Source: an uncultured Desulfocurvus sp.
GTDB taxonomy: Bacteria; Desulfobacterota; Desulfovibrionia; Desulfovibrionales; Desulfovibrionaceae
Assembly (NCBI GenBank): GCA_964502805.1
Contig: CAZCYB010000006.1
Location: 19,734-83,733 of the forward strand
Direction: 5' to 3'
Length of the DNA stretch: 64,000 nucleotides
Shown: positions 23,901 through 30,876 of the stretch, piece after piece
Position numbering within the stretch: position 1 is the first letter of the stretch
How the letters are laid out: every line of letters starts with the position of its first letter
The notes under the pieces: model-generated
Database searches by the model: none
What the model was told of the DNA's origin: nothing
What the model saw: the letters and a program-made list of their open reading frames with translations, nothing else
Program-made: the position numbers and the translations under genes

Positions 23901-24166
23901 AAGGTGCCCTGGGCCATCTTGAACAGGGCCTGGCCCGTGCCCTTGTCGGCGTTGTAGACGTACTGGTCCAGGCTGACCTTGGAGGCCTCGCCCACGTTCA
24001 GCACGGTCTTGTCCAGGAACTCGATGGACCCGGCGGAACCCTTGGTGGTGGAAATGGTGTCGCCCTTGAACACGGGGTTGCCCTGTTCAAGGTTGCGGGT
24101 CCCTTCCGGACCCATGGCGTTCATCTGCCCCTTGACGACCTTGGCGACGCCGATCTGCTGGGCCAT
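17927..24166 (-). CDS. Giant RTX / hemolysin-type Ca-binding repeat protein with FecR-like N-terminal domain (probable type I secretion substrate)
   Basis: 2079-aa ORF. The N-terminus (VAKVVKGQMNAMGPEGTRNLEQGNPVFKGDTISTTKGSAGSIEFLDKTVLNVGE...IGIRGTE) looks like a FecR domain, followed by an Ala/Lys-rich linker. Several dozen GGxGxD nonapeptide repeats then occur in blocks. The C-terminus is GGAGNDLFIY...DTVTDFTTGTDKFAF, a T1SS-target-like tail with no Cys-rich or signal peptide features. Confidence 0.9.
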   Translation of the reverse strand: MAQQIGVAKVVKGQMNAMGPEGTRNLEQGNPVFKGDTISTTKGSAGSIEFLDKTVLNVGEASKVSLDQYVYNADKGTGQALFKMAQGTFRTVTGEIVKQNPESFKMQSPLATIGIRGTETGHTVPPPGQGSENHLIMVFDGKPVIVQPLGGGQFQVLSTSGVKVEVNQFGAGPVLIMTPQEFKYFQALTPANIQTQGAPTDVISTAPGQQTGRVDPKVQAAADTSAKAAAEAAAKAAEAAAAKAAAAAAAAAAAKATDPAAKAAAEAAAKAAAAAAAKLEAAAKLAAEAAAKAATEAFAAQQAQALADAAKAAADFAAQQAAQGQQPSFLTDVSKLGIGDIIRIGDMSSNPVNPNSPITGPVSSVVIYGVVLSQGALDQLNEPGDLGFDPNDIITTITDTINNITTDNSLSFLTASQGMYVTLNPDGDSSFPNPGPRDDGPYYETLANHTMWEQQSAYDNEQVTSISSSVVNVTGSEFGDVIIGNDSNNAIYGGGGNDFIYGAEGNDLIEGGAGEDSIQGDEGNDIIDGGADNDTIFGEAGDDIISGGAGNDVLWGSDADDSVVDNDALNGGAGDDTLHGGKGNDVLDGGDGNDTVNGGDGADIINAELGTDTINAGAGDDSIFMGQGLRSTTYYADGPLKAQGDTIAGGDGFDTLNFTQVAQVEDYARLDNGTVVEANRNWQTHDLDNVSYVERVVLGDATTNLIPTSLMVAQGADYNGHVDIVGSALTAGHSLTFDASGVGNYALYITGGAGADTLKGGAGADQITGGTGNDTILGGANADTLSGEAGDDSMDGGTGNDILTGGAGADILDGGDDNDTLSGGDGNDTISGGNGNDTITGGAGNDTLNGGLGTDALTYAGETGGCGITINVSAGTITDTYGNTDTVDGFETSQGSQYNDTLWLNQNKLETVTSIDGGDGTDTIKVTYVNADLRTNDLSQAITFTNIEKVKLDATSNSVSAAFNASQILALTGLQVDSTGAGDTTLSVIMDSANLDLSGLTFGSGWNADQGADTVQITGTAANNAIVGTSKADTIIIGNGDDTVNAGDGNDTITTNDGGTGYLYSTDTINGGGGYDTLNVATSSNDLDDWHGVVNVEKINVLGSSEVSVNAAASLVTSGNSLEIDAHTLTGNFNFDGSAAAGTLTVHGTVTGTDVLIGGAGTDDTITYAQASSAVTVDLTQKSQQNTGGGGLDTLDGFEKLIGSAYNDTLKGDQGNNEIWGGAGNDSIDGKWGTDTLHGDAGTDTISFASATSAAVFSLATSTSQNVSVGGGTGEGIVIAAHDGFENILGSNYNDTLTGDSGANTITGGTGNDVLDGGLGNDKLAPGTGDDIADGGAGTDTLDYSAIGVGTALTITGGMAQGAGSVTGTNINSTFSGMEVINGGQDSDIINLSNWTTGVTVHGGGDQGAEQITGTQGDDQIYMDVNLNSTDVIDGGAGDDTLHVISNGSENYDGVRSFKYIQFDNATTSVDAVFNNNTIFNGQAGTTITVSAPSLQAGQNLSLDASGLGDGYLYITGSAGNDQIMAGNAGLGTSSGDTVFAGAGDDTIYGYNGADLLKGEDGVDDIFGGEDNDTIYGGAGNDWLNGQMGNDTIYGDDGDDGIEGGAGNDTIYGGAGNDTITDDDGTKALYGGDGDDTFHVANDGANRLTSADTVDGGAGSDTLEYWTNGGSVLATTDWSGVVNVETILVKGSGAADVEADEDLCTTGQTLTINASAMSGTFSFNGADVTGTLNITGSDQDDIIHGGSGNDTINGGGGNDLLMGRIGNDTLDGGAGTDTVTYGPASAGVTVNLLAGTASDGYGCTDTLSNIENIKGTMGFGDTLSGNAGANVIEGFGGDDTIHGDDGNDVIYAGDGNDTVYGDAGNDTVHCGMGNDTMFGGDGTDTLSFEFSDLDVNVDLAITAPQVGIDEGGRTITIDGFEHLTGSAYSDDLFGNAENNQITGLGGADKLFGRAGADSLTGGAGNDLFIYKTQSEFGDTVTDFTTGTDKFAFYCTTDGGNFGFNNTSMVQSYFYTSEAAYNAADISTACFYHDSINNKLMFDADGDMGGGAAVMVAGGVGGTMAATDIIMVDANHNTVA

Positions 24167-24375
24167 GGCGATACTCCTGGCACGGGTGCGCTTCCTGGGG
24201 GGCGGGGGTCTTCGGGCGCGGGGGAACGCCGGGGGGTGAAGACTCCTCCCCTATTGAACTACGCACTACCCCCTTTGCAAGGGGGCGTCAATGCGCCGGG
24301 GGTGAGGGTCCCTTGCCCCCAGTGAACCGCGTATGGCGCCCGGTGCGTGGGGCCGCCGGGGTGGGGGGGCGGAGG

Positions 24376-24999
24376 TTACTGGGCTGTTTTCTTCTTGGAT
24401 TTCTTCGGCTTGTCCGCTGCGGGCTTGCCCTTGGTCTTGGCCGCCGCCTGGGCCTTGTCCTTGGACTTCTTGCCGGCCTTGGGCGCGTCGTTTTCTTTGC
24501 CGGGCTTGGCGGCCCTGCCGGATTTCTCGGCCTTTTCGCCCTTCGCGCCCTTGCGCTTGGCCTTGATGGCCTCGGCCCGGGCGGCCTTGCGCACGGCGGC
24601 GGGCTCGTACATGGGCACCTTGCCGATGCCCAGGAAGCCCGGATGCACGCCCAGCTCCCCGGCGGCCTGGCCCCAGCTCTTGCCGTCCCTGCGCATGTCC
24701 TCCACCTGGGCCGGGCTTACCCCGGCCACGTGGGCCAGGGCCTCGGCGCGGGTCTTCTCCAGGCGGGCCTCGCTGGCCTCGTAGGCGTCGGCGGCCTGGC
24801 GCGCGGCGTCCTTGCCCCGGCTGCGGGCCTTCCAGGCCTCGTCGCGCAGCCGCGCGTTCTCCTCCAGCACGGCGTCCATGCGCCGCAGCACCGGGTCGTC
24901 GCCCAGGGCCAGGGCCTCCGCCGCCAGGGGGCCGGACGCGCAGGCCAGTATCAGGATGGCCGCCAGGGCCAGCACGGTGCGCCGGGGATGTGCCGTCAT
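24376..24999 (-). CDS. Secreted or lipoprotein-like protein with histone-H1-like Lys/Ala-rich C-terminal tail
   Basis: The ATG at 24999 is preceded by GGAGAG. Sequence begins MTAHPRRTVLALAAILILACASG (signal or lipobox-like). The tail is AIKAKRKGAKGEKAEKSGRAAKPGKENDAPKAGKKSKDKAQAAAKTKGKPAADKPKKSKKKTAQ. I recognise no family. Confidence 0.55.
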   Translation of the reverse strand: MTAHPRRTVLALAAILILACASGPLAAEALALGDDPVLRRMDAVLEENARLRDEAWKARSRGKDAARQAADAYEASEARLEKTRAEALAHVAGVSPAQVEDMRRDGKSWGQAAGELGVHPGFLGIGKVPMYEPAAVRKAARAEAIKAKRKGAKGEKAEKSGRAAKPGKENDAPKAGKKSKDKAQAAAKTKGKPAADKPKKSKKKTAQ

Positions 25000-25066
25000 G
25001 TTCGCTCTCCGTATTCGCTGGCGCGCAGTGCCGCCCCTTGCCTGGGCGCGCACGCGCGGTGTGTTC

Positions 25067-26470
25067 TCATCGCCCGCCCGTGGCGGTGTCCGTCCCATCG
25101 GCGGCGTGGCCGCCAGCATCCCTGCCCTGGCTCCGGGCCGCCGCCAGGCCCAGGCACAGGGCCCCGGCCGTGGCCGGGACGTGCAAGGCCGGGGAAAGGG
25201 CCGAGCAGATCAAAAGCGTGGCCAAAAGCCCGAAGCCGAAGCGCGACCGCGCGGGCCGGGCCGGAAGGACGCAGAAAAGCGCCCCGGCCAGCACGGCCAC
25301 TGGGCCCGCGGCGCCCCAGGCGGCCAAAAGCCGCAGGGCCGAGGAGGGGATCTCGAAGATGGCCACGGCCAGGCCGCCGCCTTCCATGTCCAGCCCGGGC
25401 AGCAGCCACTCGTCGCTGATGGCCAGGGCCAGTGGCTCGCCCAGGGGCAGGCCGGTGAACGGGGCCATGGGGCTCTGGCCCAGGGCCTCGATGGTGGCGG
25501 TGAAGTACCAGGCCAGGCCCAGCTCCTCCCGCCCGCTGGCCATGTGCGGCAGGGGCAGGGTCAGGCTCATCCAGATGAGCAGCAGGCACACGCTGGCCAG
25601 GGCCAGGCGGGGGCGCAGGGGCCCGCGCGCGAGCGCGAGCAGGACGAAGCCCGCCGTGGCCAGGCCCGGGCGGGAGAACCCGGCGAACAGCCCGGCCAGG
25701 ATGAGCCAGCGCGGCAGCGCGGCAAGGGGCGTCCGGGCCTCGGGGTCGTCGTCCAGGGTGGCGCACAGGGCCAGGCAGAGCAGGGTGGCCAGGATGTCCG
25801 CCGTGGCCGGTCCGCTGGCCGCGACGCTTCCCGCTACACCGCCCGTCGCACCGAGGAACAGGCCCCCGCCCAGCACCAGGCCCTTGGCGGCGATGGCCGT
25901 GGCCAGGAAATCGAGCACCAAAAGCGCCCCCAGGGCGCCGCCCAGCCGGGCGATGGCCGCGCGCGGGGCCGGGCCGAAGTGGGCCGTCCACAGCCCGGCG
26001 AACAGGGCCAGGGCGGGCAGCCTGAGCTCGTCCAGCAGGGGGGCCAGGCTCTGGGCCTGGGCCAGCCGGGGGCCGAGGTATCTGTGCAGGGCCAGGGCCA
26101 GGGCGGCCACGGCCACGGCCAGGCCCAGGCGCGTCAGAAGCCGGGGGCGGGCCGGGGAGGGTTGCCCGCCATGGCCGGAGGCGGCGCGCCGGGGGGCCAG
26201 GGCGCTCATGCCCAGGCTGTACAGCAGGGCCAGGGCGGCCAGGGCGGCATAGAGGCCCATGCCCTGGGGCGTGAAATGGCGCAGGGCGTCGGGCTTGCCC
26301 GTGACCTTGGCCGCCAGCAGGGCCAGGGGCGCCAGCAGCAGAGCCGCGAAGAATGGCAGCTGCGCCATGACGGCCCCGGCCAGGGTGGCCGGGCGCGTGG
26401 TCTGGGGCTGGGGCGTGGAGGCGTCGGGCATGCTCGCTGGGCTCCGTCTATTCCGTCTGCTGGGGGCCAT
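25067..26470 (-). CDS. Polytopic integral membrane protein, function unknown
   Basis: 467-aa ORF with many Leu/Ala-rich hydrophobic segments. It is the only frame here with protein-like composition. Alternative starts exist at 26431 (GGAG upstream) and 26368. Confidence 0.5.
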   Translation of the reverse strand: MAPSRRNRRSPASMPDASTPQPQTTRPATLAGAVMAQLPFFAALLLAPLALLAAKVTGKPDALRHFTPQGMGLYAALAALALLYSLGMSALAPRRAASGHGGQPSPARPRLLTRLGLAVAVAALALALHRYLGPRLAQAQSLAPLLDELRLPALALFAGLWTAHFGPAPRAAIARLGGALGALLVLDFLATAIAAKGLVLGGGLFLGATGGVAGSVAASGPATADILATLLCLALCATLDDDPEARTPLAALPRWLILAGLFAGFSRPGLATAGFVLLALARGPLRPRLALASVCLLLIWMSLTLPLPHMASGREELGLAWYFTATIEALGQSPMAPFTGLPLGEPLALAISDEWLLPGLDMEGGGLAVAIFEIPSSALRLLAAWGAAGPVAVLAGALFCVLPARPARSRFGFGLLATLLICSALSPALHVPATAGALCLGLAAARSQGRDAGGHAADGTDTATGGR

Positions 26471-26537
26471 GCCCCGGCAGGGGGAATAGCGCGTCCTGGC
26501 CCCGGGGTAAAGCCCGGCGCGGAATCGGGCTGGCGGC

Positions 26538-28607
26538 TTACAGCTCCACCTGGCTGCCCAGCTCCACCACGCGCCCCGGCGGGATGCCGAAGAAGGTGGT
26601 GGCGTTCCAGGCGTTGCGCGACATGAAGGCGAACAGCGCCTTGCGCCAGGAGGCCATCTTCGACGGCCCGCCGGTGAGCAGGGTCTCTCGGCCCAGGTAG
26701 AAGGTGGTGGCCTGGAGCTGGGCGTCCAGTCCGTGGGCCTTGGCCATCTCCAGTATCTCCGGCACGCTGGGGGTCTGCATGAAGCCGTAGCGGGCGATGA
26801 CCCGGAAGAAGCCGTGGCCCAGGGGCTTCACGGTCAGGCGCTCCGCCCTGGGCACGTAGGGCGTCTCCGCGCTCTGGATGGACAAGAGCAGCACCTGCTC
26901 GTGCAGGATCTTGTTGTGCTTGAAGTTGTGCAGCAGCGTGATGGGCGTTCCCGTGGGCGAGACGGACATGAACACGCCCGTGCCCGGCACGCGCACCGGC
27001 TTCTGCGAGGCCACCACGCTGTTCAGGAACAGCTCCGTGGGCAGGCCCAGCTTGGCGAACTGCACGCCCAGGGCCCTTTTGCCCTCGCGCCAGGTGGCCA
27101 TGGCGATCATGATCAGCCCGGCCACGGTGAGGGTGAACCAGCCGCCGTCGGCGATCTTGAGCAGGTTGGCCGAGAGGAAGGACAGGTCGAAGAGCAGGAA
27201 CAGGGCCACCAGGGGCAGGGCCTTCCAGGCGGACCAGCCCCAGAGCATGGTGGACACGAACAGGAAGAAGATGGAGGTGATGGTCATGTCGATGGTGACG
27301 GCGATGCCGTAGGCCGCGGCTAGGCCGCTGGAGCTCTTGAAGGCCAGCACCAGGCCCAGGCAGGCCACCATCATGGCCCGGTTCACCCCGGGCAGGTAGA
27401 TCTGGCCCTTGGTGTGGGCGCTGGTGTTCACGATGCGGATGCGCGGGCAGAAGCCCATCTGCACCGCCTGCTGCGTGAGCGAGAACACCCCCGAGATCAT
27501 GGCCTGGGAGGCGATGACCGTGGCGAAGGTGGCCAGGGCCACCATGGGGTAGAGCAGGTTCTCGGGCACCAGGCCGTAGAAGGGGTTGAAGGACTTTTCC
27601 GGGCTGGCCAGCAAGAGCGCCCCCTGGCCGAAGTAGTTGAGCAGCAGGGCGGGCAGCACCAGCACGCACCAGGAGAGGCGGATGGGCGCGCGGCCGAAGT
27701 GGCCCATGTCCGCGTACAGGGCCTCGCCGCCGGTGATGCACAGCACCACCGAGCCCAGCACCACCATGCCGTGCAGGCGGTTCTCGATGAAGAAGCGCAC
27801 CGCGTGCAGGGGGTTCACGGCGGCCAGGATCTCCGGGTTATCCAGAATGGCCGAGAGGCCAAGCCCCGCCAGGGTGGCGAACCAGAGGATCATCACCGGG
27901 CCGAAGACCTTGCCGATGCTGTCCGTGCCGTGCTTCTGCATCAGGAACAGGCCCACCAGCACCGCGCAGGTGCCGGGGATGATGAAGGGCGTGGCGGCGT
28001 CCGTGGCCACGCTCAGTCCCTCCATGGCCGAGAGCACGGAGATGGCCGGGGTGATGATGCCGTCGCCGTACAGCAGCGCCGCGCCGAAGGTGGCCAGGAA
28101 GACCACGATGGCGTACTTGGCGCGGCTTTCGGCCTGGACCTTGGCCTGCAGCAGGGCCAGCAGGGCGAACACGCCGCCCTCGCCCTTGTTGTCGGCCCGG
28201 AGCACGAAGACCACGTACTTCACGCTCACCACCACGATGAGCGACCAGAGGATGAGCGAGAGCACGCCCAGGATGTTGGCGGGCAGAAGCGCGATGGCGT
28301 GGGGGCCGTGGAAGCATTCCTTCACGGCGTAGAGCGGGCTGGTGCCGATGTCTCCGTAGACCACGCCCAGTGCGGCCAGGGCCAGGGCCAGGGTGCGGGG
28401 ATTGCCGTGGGGCGCGTGGCCGCCGCCCTCGTGGGCGGGCTGTGCGGGCTGGCCGGCCTGGCTGGGCTGGGCGGGCTGTGCGGGCGCGGGCGGGACCTCG
28501 GCCTGGGGCGCTCCACCGCCTTCCTCGGCCACGCGGGCGAACAGCCGCGACAGGCGCGGCGCCAGCAGGGCCAGGGGACGGAACACTGCCCGGGGGGGAA
28601 ACGGCAT
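26538..28607 (-). CDS. kup: KUP/HAK/KT-family potassium uptake protein (copy 1)
   Basis: Contains LGVVYGDIGTSPLYAVKECF plus about 12 TM segments and a cytoplasmic C-domain. The ATG at 28607 (MPFPPRAVF) is preceded by GGAGG. The longer track start at 28796 would run through the riboswitch. Confidence 0.93.
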   Translation of the reverse strand: MPFPPRAVFRPLALLAPRLSRLFARVAEEGGGAPQAEVPPAPAQPAQPSQAGQPAQPAHEGGGHAPHGNPRTLALALAALGVVYGDIGTSPLYAVKECFHGPHAIALLPANILGVLSLILWSLIVVVSVKYVVFVLRADNKGEGGVFALLALLQAKVQAESRAKYAIVVFLATFGAALLYGDGIITPAISVLSAMEGLSVATDAATPFIIPGTCAVLVGLFLMQKHGTDSIGKVFGPVMILWFATLAGLGLSAILDNPEILAAVNPLHAVRFFIENRLHGMVVLGSVVLCITGGEALYADMGHFGRAPIRLSWCVLVLPALLLNYFGQGALLLASPEKSFNPFYGLVPENLLYPMVALATFATVIASQAMISGVFSLTQQAVQMGFCPRIRIVNTSAHTKGQIYLPGVNRAMMVACLGLVLAFKSSSGLAAAYGIAVTIDMTITSIFFLFVSTMLWGWSAWKALPLVALFLLFDLSFLSANLLKIADGGWFTLTVAGLIMIAMATWREGKRALGVQFAKLGLPTELFLNSVVASQKPVRVPGTGVFMSVSPTGTPITLLHNFKHNKILHEQVLLLSIQSAETPYVPRAERLTVKPLGHGFFRVIARYGFMQTPSVPEILEMAKAHGLDAQLQATTFYLGRETLLTGGPSKMASWRKALFAFMSRNAWNATTFFGIPPGRVVELGSQVEL

Positions 28608-28821
28608 GGACGGGACCTCCGAAGCGGACGCGGGGGCTGCCCCGCGCTGCGGAGGTGGGCCCCTTTCGATGCCTGCGAGGTGAGCTGACGGGCTGGGACC
28701 GAAAGGTGTCCCGCGCCTTGCTTCGGCGCTGCGCCCCGGTGAGGAGTGGTTCCCCCGCTTCCGGCCACGGGCCTGGAATTCGGCAGGGCACTTCATACTT
28801 GGCCGGGCGAGAGGGTGTCAA
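28608..28821 (-). promoter_or_regulatory. c-di-AMP riboswitch (ydaO/kimA class) with promoter and SD-sequestering helix, leader of kup copy 1
   Basis: The minus strand has TTGACA-N18-TATGAA. It then reads GCCGAAUUCC...AGCGGGGGAACCAC...CCGGGGCGCAGCG...ACACCUUUCGGUCCCAGCCCGUCAGCUCACCUCGCAGGCAUCGAAAGGGG. This matches remembered ydaO-motif blocks (GCCGAAUCC, GGGGGA-CC, GGGG-G, CCCG-CAGCUAACCUCG-AGGC). The anti-SD ACCUCCG pairs with the SD CGGAGGU 8 nt before the AUG. Confidence 0.8.
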
Positions 28822-28905
28822 GGCCACGCTGGTAGACCCCCCCCGCGAGGCGGAGGGGGAGGGGCGACTCGGGGGCAGGCTGCCTGCGGGCGGCGCCTTG
28901 CCCGG

Positions 28906-30876
28906 CTAGAGCTGCACCTGGCTGCCCAGCTCGACCACGCGCCCCGGCGGGATGCCGAAGAAGGTGGTGGCGTTCCAGGCGTTGCGCGACATGTAGGCGA
29001 AGAGCGTCTTGCGCCAGGCGCTCATGCGCGTGTCGCCGCCGGTCAGCAGGGTCTCGCGGCCCAGGTAGAAGGTGGTGGCCTCCATGGGCGCGCTCAGGCC
29101 GTGGTCCCTGGCCTTGAGCAGGATGTCCGGAACGCTGGGGGTCTGCATGAAGCCGTAGCGCGCCAGCACGCGGAAGAAGCCATGGCCCAGGGGCGTCACC
29201 TCCAGGCGCTCGGCCTCGGGCACGAAGGGCGTCTCCGCGCTCTGGATGGACAAGAGCAGCACCTGCTCGTGCAGCACCTTGTTGTGCTTGAAGTGGTGCA
29301 GGAGCGTGATGGGCGTGCCCGTGGGGGAAACGGACATGAACACGCCCGTGCCCGGGATGCGCAGCGGCGCCTGCTGGGACACCAGGCTGTCCAGGAACAG
29401 GTTGATGGGCAGGCCCAGCTGCGCGAACTGGCGGCCCAGGGCCTTCTTGCCGTCGCGCCAGGTCAGCATGGCCATCATGATGACCAGGGCCACGGTGATG
29501 GTGAACCAGCCGCCGTCGAAGAACTTGAGCAGGTTGGCGCCCAGGTAGGTCACGTCGAAGGCCAAAAACAGCGCGATGAGCGGGATGGTCTTCCAGTAGG
29601 GCCAGCGCCACAGGGTGTGCACCACGTAGAAGTAGATCACCGAGGTGATGCCCATGGTGGCGGTGACGGCGATGCCGTAGGCCCCGGCCAGGCCGCTGGA
29701 GCTCTTGAAGGCCAGTACCAGCCCCAGGCAGGCCACCATCATGGCGTTGTTCACCCCGGGCAGGTAGATCTGGCCCTTGGTCTCGGCGCTGGTGTTCACG
29801 ATGTGGATGCGCGGGCAGAAGCCCAGCTGCACGGCCTGCTGCGTCAGCGAATAGACCCCGGAGATCATGGCCTGGGAGGCGATGACCGTGGCCGCCGTGG
29901 ACAGGACCACCATGGGGTAGAGCAGGGCCCGGGGCACCAGGCCGTAGAAGGGGTTGAAGGCCAGCTCCGGGTGGTCGAGCAGCAGCGCCCCCTGCCCGAA
30001 GTAGTTGCACAAAAGCGCGGGCAGCACCATGGCGTACCACGATAGCCGGATGGGCACTGCGCCGAAGTGGCCCATGTCGGCGTAGAGGGCCTCGCCGCCG
30101 GTGATGCACAGCACCACCGAGCCCAGCACCACCAGGCCGTGCAGCCTGTTGGCCAGGAAGAAGTCCACGGCGTACGCCGGGTTCACGGCGGCCAGGATCT
30201 CCGGGCTCTGGGCCACCTCGGCCAGGCCCAGGGCGGCGATGACCGCGAACCAGACCACCATGAGCGGGCCGAAGACCTTGCCGATGCGCTCCGTGCCGTG
30301 CTTCTGCATGCGGAACAGCGCGATGAGGATGAGGCAGGTGCCGGGGATGATGAAGGGACGGGCCTTGTCCGTGGCCACGTCCAGGCCCTCCATGGCCGAG
30401 AGCACGGAGATGGCCGGGGTGATGATGCCGTCGCCGTAGAGCAGGGCCGCTCCGAACAGGGCCGCGGTGATGAGCAGGGCGTGGCCGGTCTTGCCCGTGC
30501 CGTCCACCGAGCCCTTGACCAGCGCCAGGAGCGCGAAGATGCCGCCCTCGCCCTTGTTGTGGGCGCGCATGATGAACATGACGTACTTGAGGCTGACCAC
30601 GATGAGCAGGGACCAGAAGATGAGCGAGAGCACGCCCATGACGTTGGCGGGCAGGAGCTCCACGGCGTGGGGGCCGTGGAAGCATTCCTTCACGGCGTAG
30701 AGGGGGCTGGTGCCGATGTCGCCGTAGACCACGCCCAGGGCGGCCAGGGCCAGGGCCATGGTGCGGCCGCCGTGGTGGCCGTGGCCTTCTCCGCCGTGGG
30801 GCGGGGAATCCTCGGGCAGGGCCAGGGCGGGTCGCGGCGCAATGAGGCCGCGCAGAAACCGCAAGGCGGCGGGCAT
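28906..30876 (-). CDS. kup: KUP/HAK/KT-family potassium uptake protein (copy 2)
   Basis: Carries the same signature, ALAALGVVYGDIGTSPLYAVKECFHGPHA. The ATG at 30876 (MPAALRFLRG) is preceded by GGAGG. The longer track start at 30921 lies inside the leader helix. Confidence 0.93.
   Translation of the reverse strand: MPAALRFLRGLIAPRPALALPEDSPPHGGEGHGHHGGRTMALALAALGVVYGDIGTSPLYAVKECFHGPHAVELLPANVMGVLSLIFWSLLIVVSLKYVMFIMRAHNKGEGGIFALLALVKGSVDGTGKTGHALLITAALFGAALLYGDGIITPAISVLSAMEGLDVATDKARPFIIPGTCLILIALFRMQKHGTERIGKVFGPLMVVWFAVIAALGLAEVAQSPEILAAVNPAYAVDFFLANRLHGLVVLGSVVLCITGGEALYADMGHFGAVPIRLSWYAMVLPALLCNYFGQGALLLDHPELAFNPFYGLVPRALLYPMVVLSTAATVIASQAMISGVYSLTQQAVQLGFCPRIHIVNTSAETKGQIYLPGVNNAMMVACLGLVLAFKSSSGLAGAYGIAVTATMGITSVIYFYVVHTLWRWPYWKTIPLIALFLAFDVTYLGANLLKFFDGGWFTITVALVIMMAMLTWRDGKKALGRQFAQLGLPINLFLDSLVSQQAPLRIPGTGVFMSVSPTGTPITLLHHFKHNKVLHEQVLLLSIQSAETPFVPEAERLEVTPLGHGFFRVLARYGFMQTPSVPDILLKARDHGLSAPMEATTFYLGRETLLTGGDTRMSAWRKTLFAYMSRNAWNATTFFGIPPGRVVELGSQVQL

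Noticed and set aside
24190-24300. Promoter call for the RTX gene (TTGACG or TTGCAA boxes around the CCCCCTT-TGC-AAGGGGG hairpin).
   Set aside because: Several weak, mutually exclusive -35/-10 combinations exist. None is convincing without TSS data. The hairpin may equally be the terminator of the upstream K-rich protein gene.
17897-24325. 2142-aa plus-strand ORF opposite the RTX gene.
   Set aside because: It is a mirror image of the repetitive RTX coding strand. The minus-strand frame gives canonical GGxGxD repeats, a FecR-like head and a T1SS tail, while the plus frame gives only V/A/G/D/H repeats.
28608-28796. Longer kup starts in the ORF track (28796 for copy 1, 30921 for copy 2).
   Set aside because: They would translate through the riboswitch aptamer or the SD-sequestering helix. 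The internal ATGs at 28607 and 30876 each sit 7-8 nt after a GGAGG.
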